Assembly: GCA_963812135.1 (NCBI GenBank)
Contig: CAWETU010000001.1
Span: 480,001 to 544,000, forward strand
Source of the DNA: Vulcanimicrobiota bacterium
GTDB taxonomy: Bacteria; Vulcanimicrobiota; Vulcanimicrobiia; Eremiobacterales; Eremiobacteraceae
Reading direction: 5' to 3'
DNA: 64,000 nt
The notes under the pieces: model-generated
The model's database searches: none
What the model saw: the letters and a program-made list of their open reading frames with translations, nothing else
What the model was told of the DNA's origin: nothing
Position numbers and translations under genes: made by a program
Part shown: positions 29,203-38,146 of the stretch, in pieces
Layout: every line of letters begins with the position of its first letter
How positions within the stretch are numbered: position 1 is the stretch's first letter

Positions 29203-31257
29203 ATGAAGTATCTCAATCGGGATCTCTCGTGGCTTGACTTTGACGCGCGGGTGCTTGCGCTCGCCGAAAACGAGTCGGTACCGCTCCTCGAGCGCGTCCG
29301 TTTCATGGCGATTTTCAGCCGCAATCTCGACGAGTTCTTCCAGGTGCGCATCGGCGGCTTACAAGAACAGCTGTCCGCCGGCGTCGGCGGCACCAGCTCC
29401 GAAGGTCTCACGGTCATCGAGCAGCTCGACATCGTCAAACCGCGTGTCGAGGAGCTCGTCGCGCGCAGCGTCCGCATCTTCCGCGAACAGCTCAAGCCCG
29501 CGCTCGCGCAGGCGGGCATCCAATTCACCGACTGGGCCGACCTCGACGAAGCCGATCGCGCGCATCTCGACAAGATGTTCTACGAGCAGATCTTCCCGGT
29601 GCTCACGCCGCTCGCGGTCGATCCCGGCCATCCGTTCCCCTATATCTCCAACCTGTCGCTGAACCTCGCCGTGGTCGTCGGCGATCCAGCGGCCGCCGAG
29701 CCCCGCATCGCGCGCCTGAAGGTCCCACCACTGCTGCCGCGATTCGTGCGCATGCCCGACGGCGAGCGCTTCGTCCCCATCGAGCAGATCATCGCCGCGC
29801 GGCTCGACTCGCTCTTCCCCGGCATGGAGATCATCGAGCGCCACGCATTTCGCATCACGCGCAACGCCGACTTCGCGCTCAAAGAAGACGAGGCAGAAGA
29901 TCTGCTCGAGGCCGTCGAGTCGGTGCTGCGCATGCGCCGCCGCTCTCCCGACGCCGTCCGCTTGGAGATCGAGCGCGCGATGTCGGCGGACGTCCGCAAC
30001 TTGCTGGCGCGCGAGCTCGAGCTCGACGACTCGGACATCTACGTCGTCGACGGACCGCTCGATCTGGGCGATCTGTGGTCGATCGCCGATCTGGAACGGC
30101 CGGCGCTGAAATACGAACCGTGGCTGCCGCTCACGCCGGCGCAGCTGTCCGTGACCGGCGACCAGACGCTGCATCTGTTCCGCGCGCTGCGCCAAGGCGA
30201 CATCCTCGTCCACCATCCGTACGACTCGTTCTTGACGTCGGTCGAGGCGTTCGTCGATCAGGCGGTGCGCGATCCGGGCGTGATGGCCATCAAGCAGACG
30301 CTCTACCGCACCGGCGCCGACAGTCCGATCATCCGGTCGCTCATCCGCGCGGCCGAAGCCGGCAAACAGGTCGTGGCGCTGGTCGAGGTCACGGCCCGGT
30401 TCGACGAAGCCACCAACATCAATTTCGCGCGCGCCCTTGAAGAAGCGGGCGTCCACGTCGTGTATGGCATCGTCGGTCTGAAGACGCACGCGAAGATCAC
30501 GCTCGTCGTGCGCCAAGAAGCTTCGGGCATCAAACGCTACAGCCACGTCGGCACCGGCAACTACAACCCGACGACCGCGCGGCTGTACGAGGACATCGGC
30601 ATCCTCTCGAGCGACCAGGACCTCGGCGCCGATCTCACCGAGCTGTTCAACTATTTGACCGGCTACAGCAAACAAAGCCGCTACAAGAAACTGCTCGTCG
30701 CGCCCGGCACGTTGCGGCCCGCGCTGCTCGAGCTCATCAAGCGCGAGGCCGACGCGCCCGACGGGCGTATCGTCATCAAAGTGAACAACCTGGTCGATCC
30801 GGCGATCATCCAAGCGCTCTACAACGCGTCCCAAGCCGGCACGCAGATCGACCTGATCGTGCGCGGCATCTGCTGCCTCCAGCCGGGCGTCGAGGGATTG
30901 TCCGAGAACATCCGCGTGCGTTCGATCGTGGGGCGCTATCTCGAGCACTCGCGCATCATGCGCTTCGGCAGCGAAGAGCGCGGGCGGGACTATTTCATCG
31001 GCTCGGCGGACGTCATGCAGCGCAACCTCGACCGCCGCGTCGAAGCGGTCATCCCAGTGACCGATCCGCTGCTCAAGGCGCGGCTGCAGGAGATCCTCGA
31101 CGTCAATCTCGCCGACGACGCGCTCGCCTGGACGCTCGACGCTGAGGGCGTGTGGCACAAGGTGCCCAACCTGACCAACCTCAACTCGCATCGCCGGCTG
31201 CAAGAGCTCGCCACCGCGCGGCTCCAGGCGCACACGCCTGTCGACGTCAGTGCTTGA
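29203..31257 (+). CDS. ppk1: Polyphosphate kinase 1
   Basis: NRDLSWL, NLDEFF, HPFPYISNLS, HHPYDSF, KQTLYR, ARFDE, GTGNYN, RNLDRRVE. Confidence 0.97.
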   Translation: MKYLNRDLSWLDFDARVLALAENESVPLLERVRFMAIFSRNLDEFFQVRIGGLQEQLSAGVGGTSSEGLTVIEQLDIVKPRVEELVARSVRIFREQLKPALAQAGIQFTDWADLDEADRAHLDKMFYEQIFPVLTPLAVDPGHPFPYISNLSLNLAVVVGDPAAAEPRIARLKVPPLLPRFVRMPDGERFVPIEQIIAARLDSLFPGMEIIERHAFRITRNADFALKEDEAEDLLEAVESVLRMRRRSPDAVRLEIERAMSADVRNLLARELELDDSDIYVVDGPLDLGDLWSIADLERPALKYEPWLPLTPAQLSVTGDQTLHLFRALRQGDILVHHPYDSFLTSVEAFVDQAVRDPGVMAIKQTLYRTGADSPIIRSLIRAAEAGKQVVALVEVTARFDEATNINFARALEEAGVHVVYGIVGLKTHAKITLVVRQEASGIKRYSHVGTGNYNPTTARLYEDIGILSSDQDLGADLTELFNYLTGYSKQSRYKKLLVAPGTLRPALLELIKREADAPDGRIVIKVNNLVDPAIIQALYNASQAGTQIDLIVRGICCLQPGVEGLSENIRVRSIVGRYLEHSRIMRFGSEERGRDYFIGSADVMQRNLDRRVEAVIPVTDPLLKARLQEILDVNLADDALAWTLDAEGVWHKVPNLTNLNSHRRLQELATARLQAHTPVDVSA

Positions 31258-32734
31258 GCGCGAGCTTAAACTCGGAGCGACGCCCGGCTTCAGGCTCCCC
31301 GACCTCTCGCAGGTGACCACCGAAGTCGCCAGCGTCGACGCCACCACCGACAAGCTCCACACCACGTACTTCGACACGCGCGACCTTCGCATCACGCGCT
31401 GGAACTGCAGCTTGCGCTTTCGTGCCGGCCAGGGCTGGACGGTCAAGTTGCCAGGCCCGGCAGAATCCAAGGGCGATCTGCTCGTGCGCGGCGAGCATCT
31501 GTACCAAGGCCCGCCGGACGAACCGCCGTCGCCAGCGCTCGATCTGCTGACCGCGTACGTGCGTCGCGCCGCCGTGCATCCGATCGCGCGCTTGCGCACC
31601 ACGCGGCAGATGGTGTCGTTGAAGGCCGCCGATGGAACGACGCTCGCCGAAGTCGTCCTGGATGACGTCGCGGTCGTCGATGGCCGCAAGATCCTCAAGC
31701 GCTTCCATGAGATCGAAGTCGAGCTCAAGGACGAGGGCGCAGAGATGCTGCTGCCGGCCGTCCTCGTCCGCCTGCAGGCCGCCGGCGCCGGGTTGCCCGA
31801 CCCCACGTCTAAAGTCGTGCGCGCGCTCGGCCCGCGCGCGCAGCGTCCGTCCGAGTTGGAGGTCGAGGTGCTTGCGCCGGAGGCGACGGCGGGCGCGATA
31901 CTGCGCCGGGCGCTCGCGCTCGCGGCCACGCGGTTGTTGCGCCACGACGCCGGCATCCGTCTGGGCACGGATCCTGAGGACATCCATCAAGCGCGCGTCG
32001 CGGTTCGGCGATTGCGCTCCCACCTTCGTACGTTTCTCCCGCTCATGGACATCGAATGGGCCACCTCGTTGCGGCAGGAGCTCGGCTGGCTCGGCGACGA
32101 GTTAGGCGCCGTGCGAGACGCCGACGTGTTGATGGATCGATTGCGCAAAGATGCGAACTCGCTTCCGCCGCGCGATCGCACGGTGGGCGCCAAGATCCTC
32201 TCGCTGCTCGCGGGCCAGCGCGAGGAAAGCATGAAGCGCCTGAATGCGACGATCCACGAAACGCGGTACGTCGATCTGCTCAAGCGGCTGGTGGAGGCCG
32301 CGCGCGCGGCGCAGTTGGCGCCGATCGCCGCCGAATCAGGATTGTTGACCGTCCCACCGCTCGTCGCGAGCCTGTGGCGGAACGTCCGCGCCATGGTCGA
32401 TGATTTCGGCCAAGAACCAACCGACGACCAGTTGCACAAGCTGCGCATCCGATCGAAACGCTGCCGCTACGCGGCGGAAGCGGTTGCGCCGGTCGCCGGC
32501 AAGCGTGCGCGCAATTTCGCGCGCGCCGCCGCCGATCTGCAAGAAGTGCTCGGCGAGCATCATGACTCGGTGGTGGCTGCGCAATGGCTTCGCGAACACG
32601 CCTCCACGGGACCGCTGACCTTTGTCGCCGGCCACTTCAGTGCGCTCGAGCTGACCGCGGCCGCCGCGGCGCGGGCGCGCTGGCCTGAATACTGGCGCGC
32701 GTTCGATCGAAAGAAGCTTCGCACGTGGATGTGA
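31250..32734 (+). CDS. CYTH + CHAD domain protein
   Basis: ERELK, YFDT.D, EIEVEL (CYTH); HQARVAVRRLRS, RDADV, HKLRI..KRCRY, LGEHHD (CHAD). Confidence 0.9.
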   Translation: MLERELKLGATPGFRLPDLSQVTTEVASVDATTDKLHTTYFDTRDLRITRWNCSLRFRAGQGWTVKLPGPAESKGDLLVRGEHLYQGPPDEPPSPALDLLTAYVRRAAVHPIARLRTTRQMVSLKAADGTTLAEVVLDDVAVVDGRKILKRFHEIEVELKDEGAEMLLPAVLVRLQAAGAGLPDPTSKVVRALGPRAQRPSELEVEVLAPEATAGAILRRALALAATRLLRHDAGIRLGTDPEDIHQARVAVRRLRSHLRTFLPLMDIEWATSLRQELGWLGDELGAVRDADVLMDRLRKDANSLPPRDRTVGAKILSLLAGQREESMKRLNATIHETRYVDLLKRLVEAARAAQLAPIAAESGLLTVPPLVASLWRNVRAMVDDFGQEPTDDQLHKLRIRSKRCRYAAEAVAPVAGKRARNFARAAADLQEVLGEHHDSVVAAQWLREHASTGPLTFVAGHFSALELTAAAAARARWPEYWRAFDRKKLRTWM

Positions 32735-33654
32735 ACGGCGTCGTCCGCGCGGCCGGCGGCATCATCGTGCGATCCAAGCCCGAGGGCGCGCTCGAGGTGG
32801 CGATCGTGCATCGCCCATCGTATGACGATTGGACGTTCCCGAAGGGCAAGCTGCAGGTCGGCGAGCGCGAGGAGCACACCGCGATCCGCGAGGTCGAAGA
32901 AGAGACGGGCATGCGCTGCCGCCTCGAGCGCGCGCTCGGCACCACCAAATATAAGGATCATCGCGGCCGGCCGAAGGTCGTGCACTATTGGGTCATGCGC
33001 GTGCTCGACGGTCATTTCCGCCCGAGCAAAGAGGTCGACGAACTGCGCTTCGTCTCGCTGCGCCAAGCCGCGTCGCTGTTGTCGTACAATCACGACCGGG
33101 CGCTCCTGCGCGGCCTTTCCAATGAGGTCGACGCCGCCGCGGTGCAAGCGGGTGGCGAGCGGCAGGGACGCGCTTCACTGCGTAACCAGGTGAGCCCGAC
33201 GATCTATCTGGTGCGTCACGCGAAGGCGCTCAACCGCAGCGAGTGGACGAATGCCGACGAGCTGCGGCCCCTCACCAAAGCCGGCCGGCGCCAGGCAGAA
33301 GAGCTCGTGCAGCGCCTCAGGGCCTTCTCGTTCGCGCGCGTCATCACCAGTCCGCACGTGCGTTGCAAAGAGACGGTCGAAGCGCTGGCCAAGGAGCGCA
33401 AGCTGGCGCTCGAAGTCTCCGAACAGCTGGCCGAGAACACCGACGCCGACGACGTGCTGGCGTTCATCAAGACGCTCGGCGGACGGCCGGCGGTGTTGTG
33501 CACCCACGGCGACGTGATCGCCGACCTGATGACCAATCTCGTGAACGACGGCCTCGCGACCGAGAGCGAACTGCGCTGGGAAAAAGGTTCGACGTGGGTG
33601 CTCGAGTCCGACGGCGAGAGCTTCCTCTACGGCCGGTATCTTCCGCCGCCGTGA
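32731..33654 (+). CDS. NUDIX hydrolase fused to histidine-phosphatase domain (MutT1-like)
   Basis: HRPSYDDWTFPKGK, REVEEETG; LVRHAKA, CTHGDVI, KGSTW. Confidence 0.88.
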   Translation: MNGVVRAAGGIIVRSKPEGALEVAIVHRPSYDDWTFPKGKLQVGEREEHTAIREVEEETGMRCRLERALGTTKYKDHRGRPKVVHYWVMRVLDGHFRPSKEVDELRFVSLRQAASLLSYNHDRALLRGLSNEVDAAAVQAGGERQGRASLRNQVSPTIYLVRHAKALNRSEWTNADELRPLTKAGRRQAEELVQRLRAFSFARVITSPHVRCKETVEALAKERKLALEVSEQLAENTDADDVLAFIKTLGGRPAVLCTHGDVIADLMTNLVNDGLATESELRWEKGSTWVLESDGESFLYGRYLPPP

Positions 33655-34169
33655 CGCAGGAACGGTCGAATGAATTCGACCGCTACAAACCCGTGATTCG
33701 GGAGGCGCGCGACGACGACGCAGCGGGGCTGATCGCGTTGATCGACGCCGTGTTCTCCGAGTATCCGGGCTGCGTGCTCGAACTCGAGCATGAGATGCCG
33801 CAATTGAAAGCGATCGACACGGCGTTCAAGGCGATGGGCGGGCGCTTTTGGACGGCCGAGTTGGACGGGACCATCGTTGGTTGCGGCGGCATCGCGCCGG
33901 CACACGATCCTGCTGGCGCCGAGCTCAAACATCTCTATGTCTCAAGACATACGCGCCGCGCGGGATTGGGCACCGCGTTCGTGCGCTTAGTCGAAGAAGA
34001 AGCGGCACGCCGGCGCGCGAGCTTTGTGGAGCTGTGGAGCGACACGCGTTTTCTCGACGCGCATCGCTTGTACGAACGGCTCGGCTACACGCGCCTCCCC
34101 GACACGCGCGAGCTGAACGATCTCAGCAACAGCATCGAGTTCCATTTCATAAAGCGGGGCCTTTCTTAA
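33651..34169 (+). CDS. GNAT N-acetyltransferase
   Basis: VGCGG, ELKHLYV, RRAGLG, AHRLYERLGY; GTGA overlap. Confidence 0.85.
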   Translation: MTQERSNEFDRYKPVIREARDDDAAGLIALIDAVFSEYPGCVLELEHEMPQLKAIDTAFKAMGGRFWTAELDGTIVGCGGIAPAHDPAGAELKHLYVSRHTRRAGLGTAFVRLVEEEAARRRASFVELWSDTRFLDAHRLYERLGYTRLPDTRELNDLSNSIEFHFIKRGLS

Positions 34170-34726
34170 GGAGTAGCGCCTCGTATGCGATAGTGCACGT
34201 GGATCACTCCAGTGCTGAAACGGCGCGTCTCAAGGAGTTCGAGATTCCGTCGTACGGCGGCTCGGAATGCCCGCTTTCCGCCGCCGACGATCACCGGGTT
34301 GAGAAACAGGTGACATTCGTCGACGAGATCGGCTTCAAGCGCAAGCCCCGCAAGCTCGGCGCCGCCAATGATGATGTCGTGCTCCGATTCGCGCTTCAGC
34401 TTCCGAATAGCCTCGAGGTCGAAGTCCCGCTCGACACGCGCGTTGCGTGTCGTCGCGCCTGTCAGCGTTCGTGAAAAAACGATTTTCTCGGCCTTCTGCC
34501 AGACGCGTGCGAAGTCACGCTGTTCGGGTGGATAGTCTTCCACCGGCGCATCCCAGTAGGCCATCGTCTCATAGAGTCGCCGCCCGTAGAGATGGGTTCC
34601 GATCGGCTGCAACAACTCAGTGATGAACGCGAATACTGGATCGGGATTGACCCAATCGAAGGCGCCGGTTTCGTCCTCGATGTATCCGTCGAGGGACGTA
34701 TTGGTCATGTAGAATAACTTCGACAT
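34166..34726 (-). CDS. Dihydrofolate reductase/RibD C-terminal family protein
   Basis: SLDGYI, GRRLYE, KIVFSRTL, GGAELA, LVDE, PVIVGGG. Confidence 0.88.
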   Translation of the reverse strand: MSKLFYMTNTSLDGYIEDETGAFDWVNPDPVFAFITELLQPIGTHLYGRRLYETMAYWDAPVEDYPPEQRDFARVWQKAEKIVFSRTLTGATTRNARVERDFDLEAIRKLKRESEHDIIIGGAELAGLALEADLVDECHLFLNPVIVGGGKRAFRAAVRRNLELLETRRFSTGVIHVHYRIRGATP

Positions 34727-34734
34727 ACGAAAAT

Positions 34735-35316
34735 TTATTCGACCGTGAGTGGTGGCGCCGCCCTAGAGCCGGCATACGCGCGCCAGCCGAGCGCGATCAG
34801 CGTGATGACCACGAGAAGCGCGAGGATCGCGGCGATGATCGGGAACGCGAACGTCACGACGAGGCTCCCAATCGCGAGCACGTCTTCAACGATGCTGATC
34901 GCGGGATTTGCCAAGCCGAATGTGGCCACCGAAGAAGCCGCGCGGGCTGTGGCCGACGAGGTGTGCACCACGAGTGCGTTGAGCGCGCCGGCGGCCATCA
35001 ATCCGACGAGCTCACCCGGGCTGCTCGTGTTGACGGTGCCGCCGACCAAGATCGCTGCCGCCACGGGCCGCACGGCGAACGAGATCGCGTGCAACGCGTG
35101 ATCTACCGCCGGCACTTTGTCCGCCACCATCTCCAACAGCGCGAAAATGCCGAGCACGAGCACCGTGCCATCGGCCCCGAGCCACACGAATGCGGGGCTC
35201 GGATGGATCACATGGTAATGCGCCGCGACCGAGGCGGCGAACAGCGTGAGGAATCCGCGCAGGCCGGCAGTGGTCGTCAGCGCGTACGCGAGCGCATACT
35301 GAGTGGTGGCGTCCAT
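34735..35316 (-). CDS. DUF4126-like membrane protein
   Basis: AGLR.FL, LEMVADKVPAVD, NPAISIVED; start 35316 or 35325. Confidence 0.8.
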   Translation of the reverse strand: MDATTQYALAYALTTTAGLRGFLTLFAASVAAHYHVIHPSPAFVWLGADGTVLVLGIFALLEMVADKVPAVDHALHAISFAVRPVAAAILVGGTVNTSSPGELVGLMAAGALNALVVHTSSATARAASSVATFGLANPAISIVEDVLAIGSLVVTFAFPIIAAILALLVVITLIALGWRAYAGSRAAPPLTVE

Positions 35317-35350
35317 GGTGGACACGTACCTCGGATGCCGGGTCGGGGTT

Positions 35351-37600
35351 TCAGTGCGGGAACGCCGGCAGTGACGTGGACTGTGTGACGCGCTCTCCTT
35401 GCGCTCCTACTGAGACCACTTGCACGAACACGCCGCCGTGGTAGGTGCGCGGGACGTAGAGCACGGCGCTATAACGTCCGCCAGGGACATCGGTCTCGCT
35501 CAGCACGCTGCCGCGATCGTCTTGCAGCTGCACGTGCGCCTGCGCTTGGCCGCTCGCGCCCCAAAGCACGCGGATCGCGTGGCCGCCGGGACCATAGTGC
35601 GCGTCGACGCCTTGCATCGCGACGATGACGTTCGGATTTGCGGGGATCGGCCGGCGGGTCGGGCGCGGCCGCGGCGCCGGTCTGTGGACAGGTTGCGGCG
35701 CGAGCGCGACGTGCGCGGGGGTGGCCGCTGGGCGCGGTGGTGCGGGCGGGTTCGTGGCCACCACCTGCTGCGTCGCCGCGACCGCGACGCGCGACGCCGT
35801 CGAAGGCGCGACGTGCGGAGCGGGATTGCTCGATGACTGCGCAGCCGGCGACGCGCCCGGCGAGCCCGCATTCTTGCCCGGAGTGTGCGCGACGCTCGGC
35901 ACCGGGCGCGGCGTTTCGAGAACGACGGCCGGCGGCACGGTCGCGGTGGCAACCACTTGCGGCGTCGGCGCCGGGGTGTGAGGCCGCAAGTAGAAGAGCG
36001 TGGCAAGAGCGATCGCGACGATCGCGGTGCCGCCGATCACCAGCGTGCCGAGCTGACCTTCGTGCCCGCGTGGCGGAGGCTCCGCGTAATCCGCAGTGCG
36101 GCGCGCGCTCGCGGCTTTGTGTTCCTTGGCCGTTTCGACGGCCCGGGCGAGCGACGGCGGTGGCCCGACGACCGACGCCTCGAGCGCGGATTCGCCAAAA
36201 ATTCCCTCGGGTGCGGCGGGCTCGCCTGAAACATCGGCGGGTTGATCGGTGGTGGTCGCCTGTGAGAACGCGCGCCGATACGGTTGCGCAGGTGCATCTG
36301 CCGCAGACTCGACCGATGCTGCAGCGGGCGCAGTTCGCGACGGCGGCGGCACGGCTTGCGGTGGCGGCGGTGCGGGTGGACGCACGGGCGGCGGTTGTGG
36401 CGGCGTCGGAGTCGGTGGCGGCGCGGGCGCTGGTGGCTGCGGCTGCGGGGGCCGCGCGACGTTTGCCGGAGTGCGCGCGAAAATAGAAGGCGGTTCGGTC
36501 GGCGGCGCGTCAGATGCATCGCGTCCAGGGCCGCGCCAACCGGCGGGCGGCGAAACGGGTTTGCCGACGAGCAACGACATCAACTCCTCGTTGTTTTCGG
36601 GAGTGGTGAAATCAGGTGCGGTCGCCGGTGGTTTCGTCGCATCAGGAGGCGCAGTCTGCGCGCTTGACGCGTACTGGACCGTCGGAGGTGCGATCGTGGG
36701 AGGCGATGAGACTGCAGGAAGCGTCGGCGTGCTCGACGGCGGCAATTGCGATTCGTTTTGTGGCGCCTGCGCTGCCTCGTCCGCCGGTGGCGCGGCCGCG
36801 GCATTCGAGGCTGCAACGTTCGCCGCAGCGACATTCACCGCTGCGGCATATTCAGCCGCAGCGCGTTCGGCAGCGGCGCGTTCGGTCGCGGCGTTCGCCG
36901 CGGCTGCGGCTGCTTCGGTCTTCGCGACGAACGATGCCAATTTGCTATCGATCGTATCCCACGGCAGCCGGCCCGTACGCTTGCCCTGCGACACCGCGAC
37001 GCCGATCTCGACGACATGCGGGTGGTTGTTGCCTTGCGCGTCCTTGACGGCGCGTTTCCAAAGGATCGGCACCGCGACGGTCTGCGTCTGTCCGGGCTCC
37101 ATCCTGATGGGCGCGACGTCGACGAATTCAAGCGATGGATGAGGCGTGAACTGCAATGCGAACTGGCCGCCCGTCGCGCTCAAGCTCTTGATCGCACAGG
37201 AGACGACGAAACCGCGCACGGCATCGCCGTCGAGGATCGGCTCTTTCCACGCGAGCGCGATGGTGCAATCGGTGCCGCCGGCCGAGATGAGGCCGCGCTC
37301 GAGCGACGCGATGACGTCGCCGCTGGGGTCGCGCACCGAGATGAGGGCGATTTGGTCGCGAGGCACCGTCGTGCTCTCGGCAAAGGTGAGGGCGACGGTC
37401 TTACGTTCGCGCGGACGCAGCGTGAACGAGGCCGGCTCGAAGGTACCTCCTCCGGGCGGCTCGTCCAAGGACATCGTGCACTCGACGCGCTCGTCCCCGG
37501 ACTTGTTTATCACGATGATCTCGTATCGCGAAGACTGTCCGGGCGTCAGGTACCACCTAACGGAACGGTCGGCGCACTCGATAGTCAGGTTTGTCGCCAT
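35351..37600 (-). CDS. Large Pro/Ala-rich single-pass membrane protein, hypothetical
   Basis: Globular N-terminus of about 220 aa, Ala/Pro linker, one TM, second Pro linker, small C-terminal domain. Confidence 0.7.
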   Translation of the reverse strand: MATNLTIECADRSVRWYLTPGQSSRYEIIVINKSGDERVECTMSLDEPPGGGTFEPASFTLRPRERKTVALTFAESTTVPRDQIALISVRDPSGDVIASLERGLISAGGTDCTIALAWKEPILDGDAVRGFVVSCAIKSLSATGGQFALQFTPHPSLEFVDVAPIRMEPGQTQTVAVPILWKRAVKDAQGNNHPHVVEIGVAVSQGKRTGRLPWDTIDSKLASFVAKTEAAAAAANAATERAAAERAAAEYAAAVNVAAANVAASNAAAAPPADEAAQAPQNESQLPPSSTPTLPAVSSPPTIAPPTVQYASSAQTAPPDATKPPATAPDFTTPENNEELMSLLVGKPVSPPAGWRGPGRDASDAPPTEPPSIFARTPANVARPPQPQPPAPAPPPTPTPPQPPPVRPPAPPPPQAVPPPSRTAPAAASVESAADAPAQPYRRAFSQATTTDQPADVSGEPAAPEGIFGESALEASVVGPPPSLARAVETAKEHKAASARRTADYAEPPPRGHEGQLGTLVIGGTAIVAIALATLFYLRPHTPAPTPQVVATATVPPAVVLETPRPVPSVAHTPGKNAGSPGASPAAQSSSNPAPHVAPSTASRVAVAATQQVVATNPPAPPRPAATPAHVALAPQPVHRPAPRPRPTRRPIPANPNVIVAMQGVDAHYGPGGHAIRVLWGASGQAQAHVQLQDDRGSVLSETDVPGGRYSAVLYVPRTYHGGVFVQVVSVGAQGERVTQSTSLPAFPH

Positions 37601-37705
37601 CCATTACTCCCGCATCTTATTGTATCGGAAATCTCGGCTGCGGGTAGGAGGGGCTAGAACGCCGAAAAGGCGCTATTCCCCACTGTCCCTGGAGCGCCAT
37701 CACCG

Positions 37706-38146
37706 ATGCAGCCCGACGATATCGTCCGAGAATTCGACCGTCTGTTCGCGGAGCTGAGCCTCCCGCTGACCCGCCACGCGCGACGCGGGTCGTTCAACCC
37801 CAACGCAGACGTCTATCTCGTGGACCGGGGCCGGACGGTCGTCGTGCGGGTCGAGCTGGCGGGGGTCAATCCCGCCAACATCAAGCTCGTCGTCGAGGGC
37901 GCCAGCCTCTATTTGGCGGGTTTCCGCGAGCCCGACATCCGCCGTGCCGAGGCCGTGCTGCAAAAAGAGATCGAGTACGGCTGTTTCCTCAAGCGCATCC
38001 AGCTGCCGTCGACCGTGTCGGTCGAAGCCGCTAAGGCGGATTATCACGCCGGTACGCTGATCATCAAGCTCCCCGTCTCCACCGGTTCGCCGATCGACGG
38101 CGTCGATCGCATGGAGATCCGCATGGCGATCCGAGGCCGCGGCTGA
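37706..38146 (+). CDS. Hsp20/alpha-crystallin small heat shock protein
   Basis: P.ADVY, ELAGV, EIEYG.F.KRI.LP, ADYHAGTL.IKLP. Confidence 0.88.
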   Translation: MQPDDIVREFDRLFAELSLPLTRHARRGSFNPNADVYLVDRGRTVVVRVELAGVNPANIKLVVEGASLYLAGFREPDIRRAEAVLQKEIEYGCFLKRIQLPSTVSVEAAKADYHAGTLIIKLPVSTGSPIDGVDRMEIRMAIRGRG

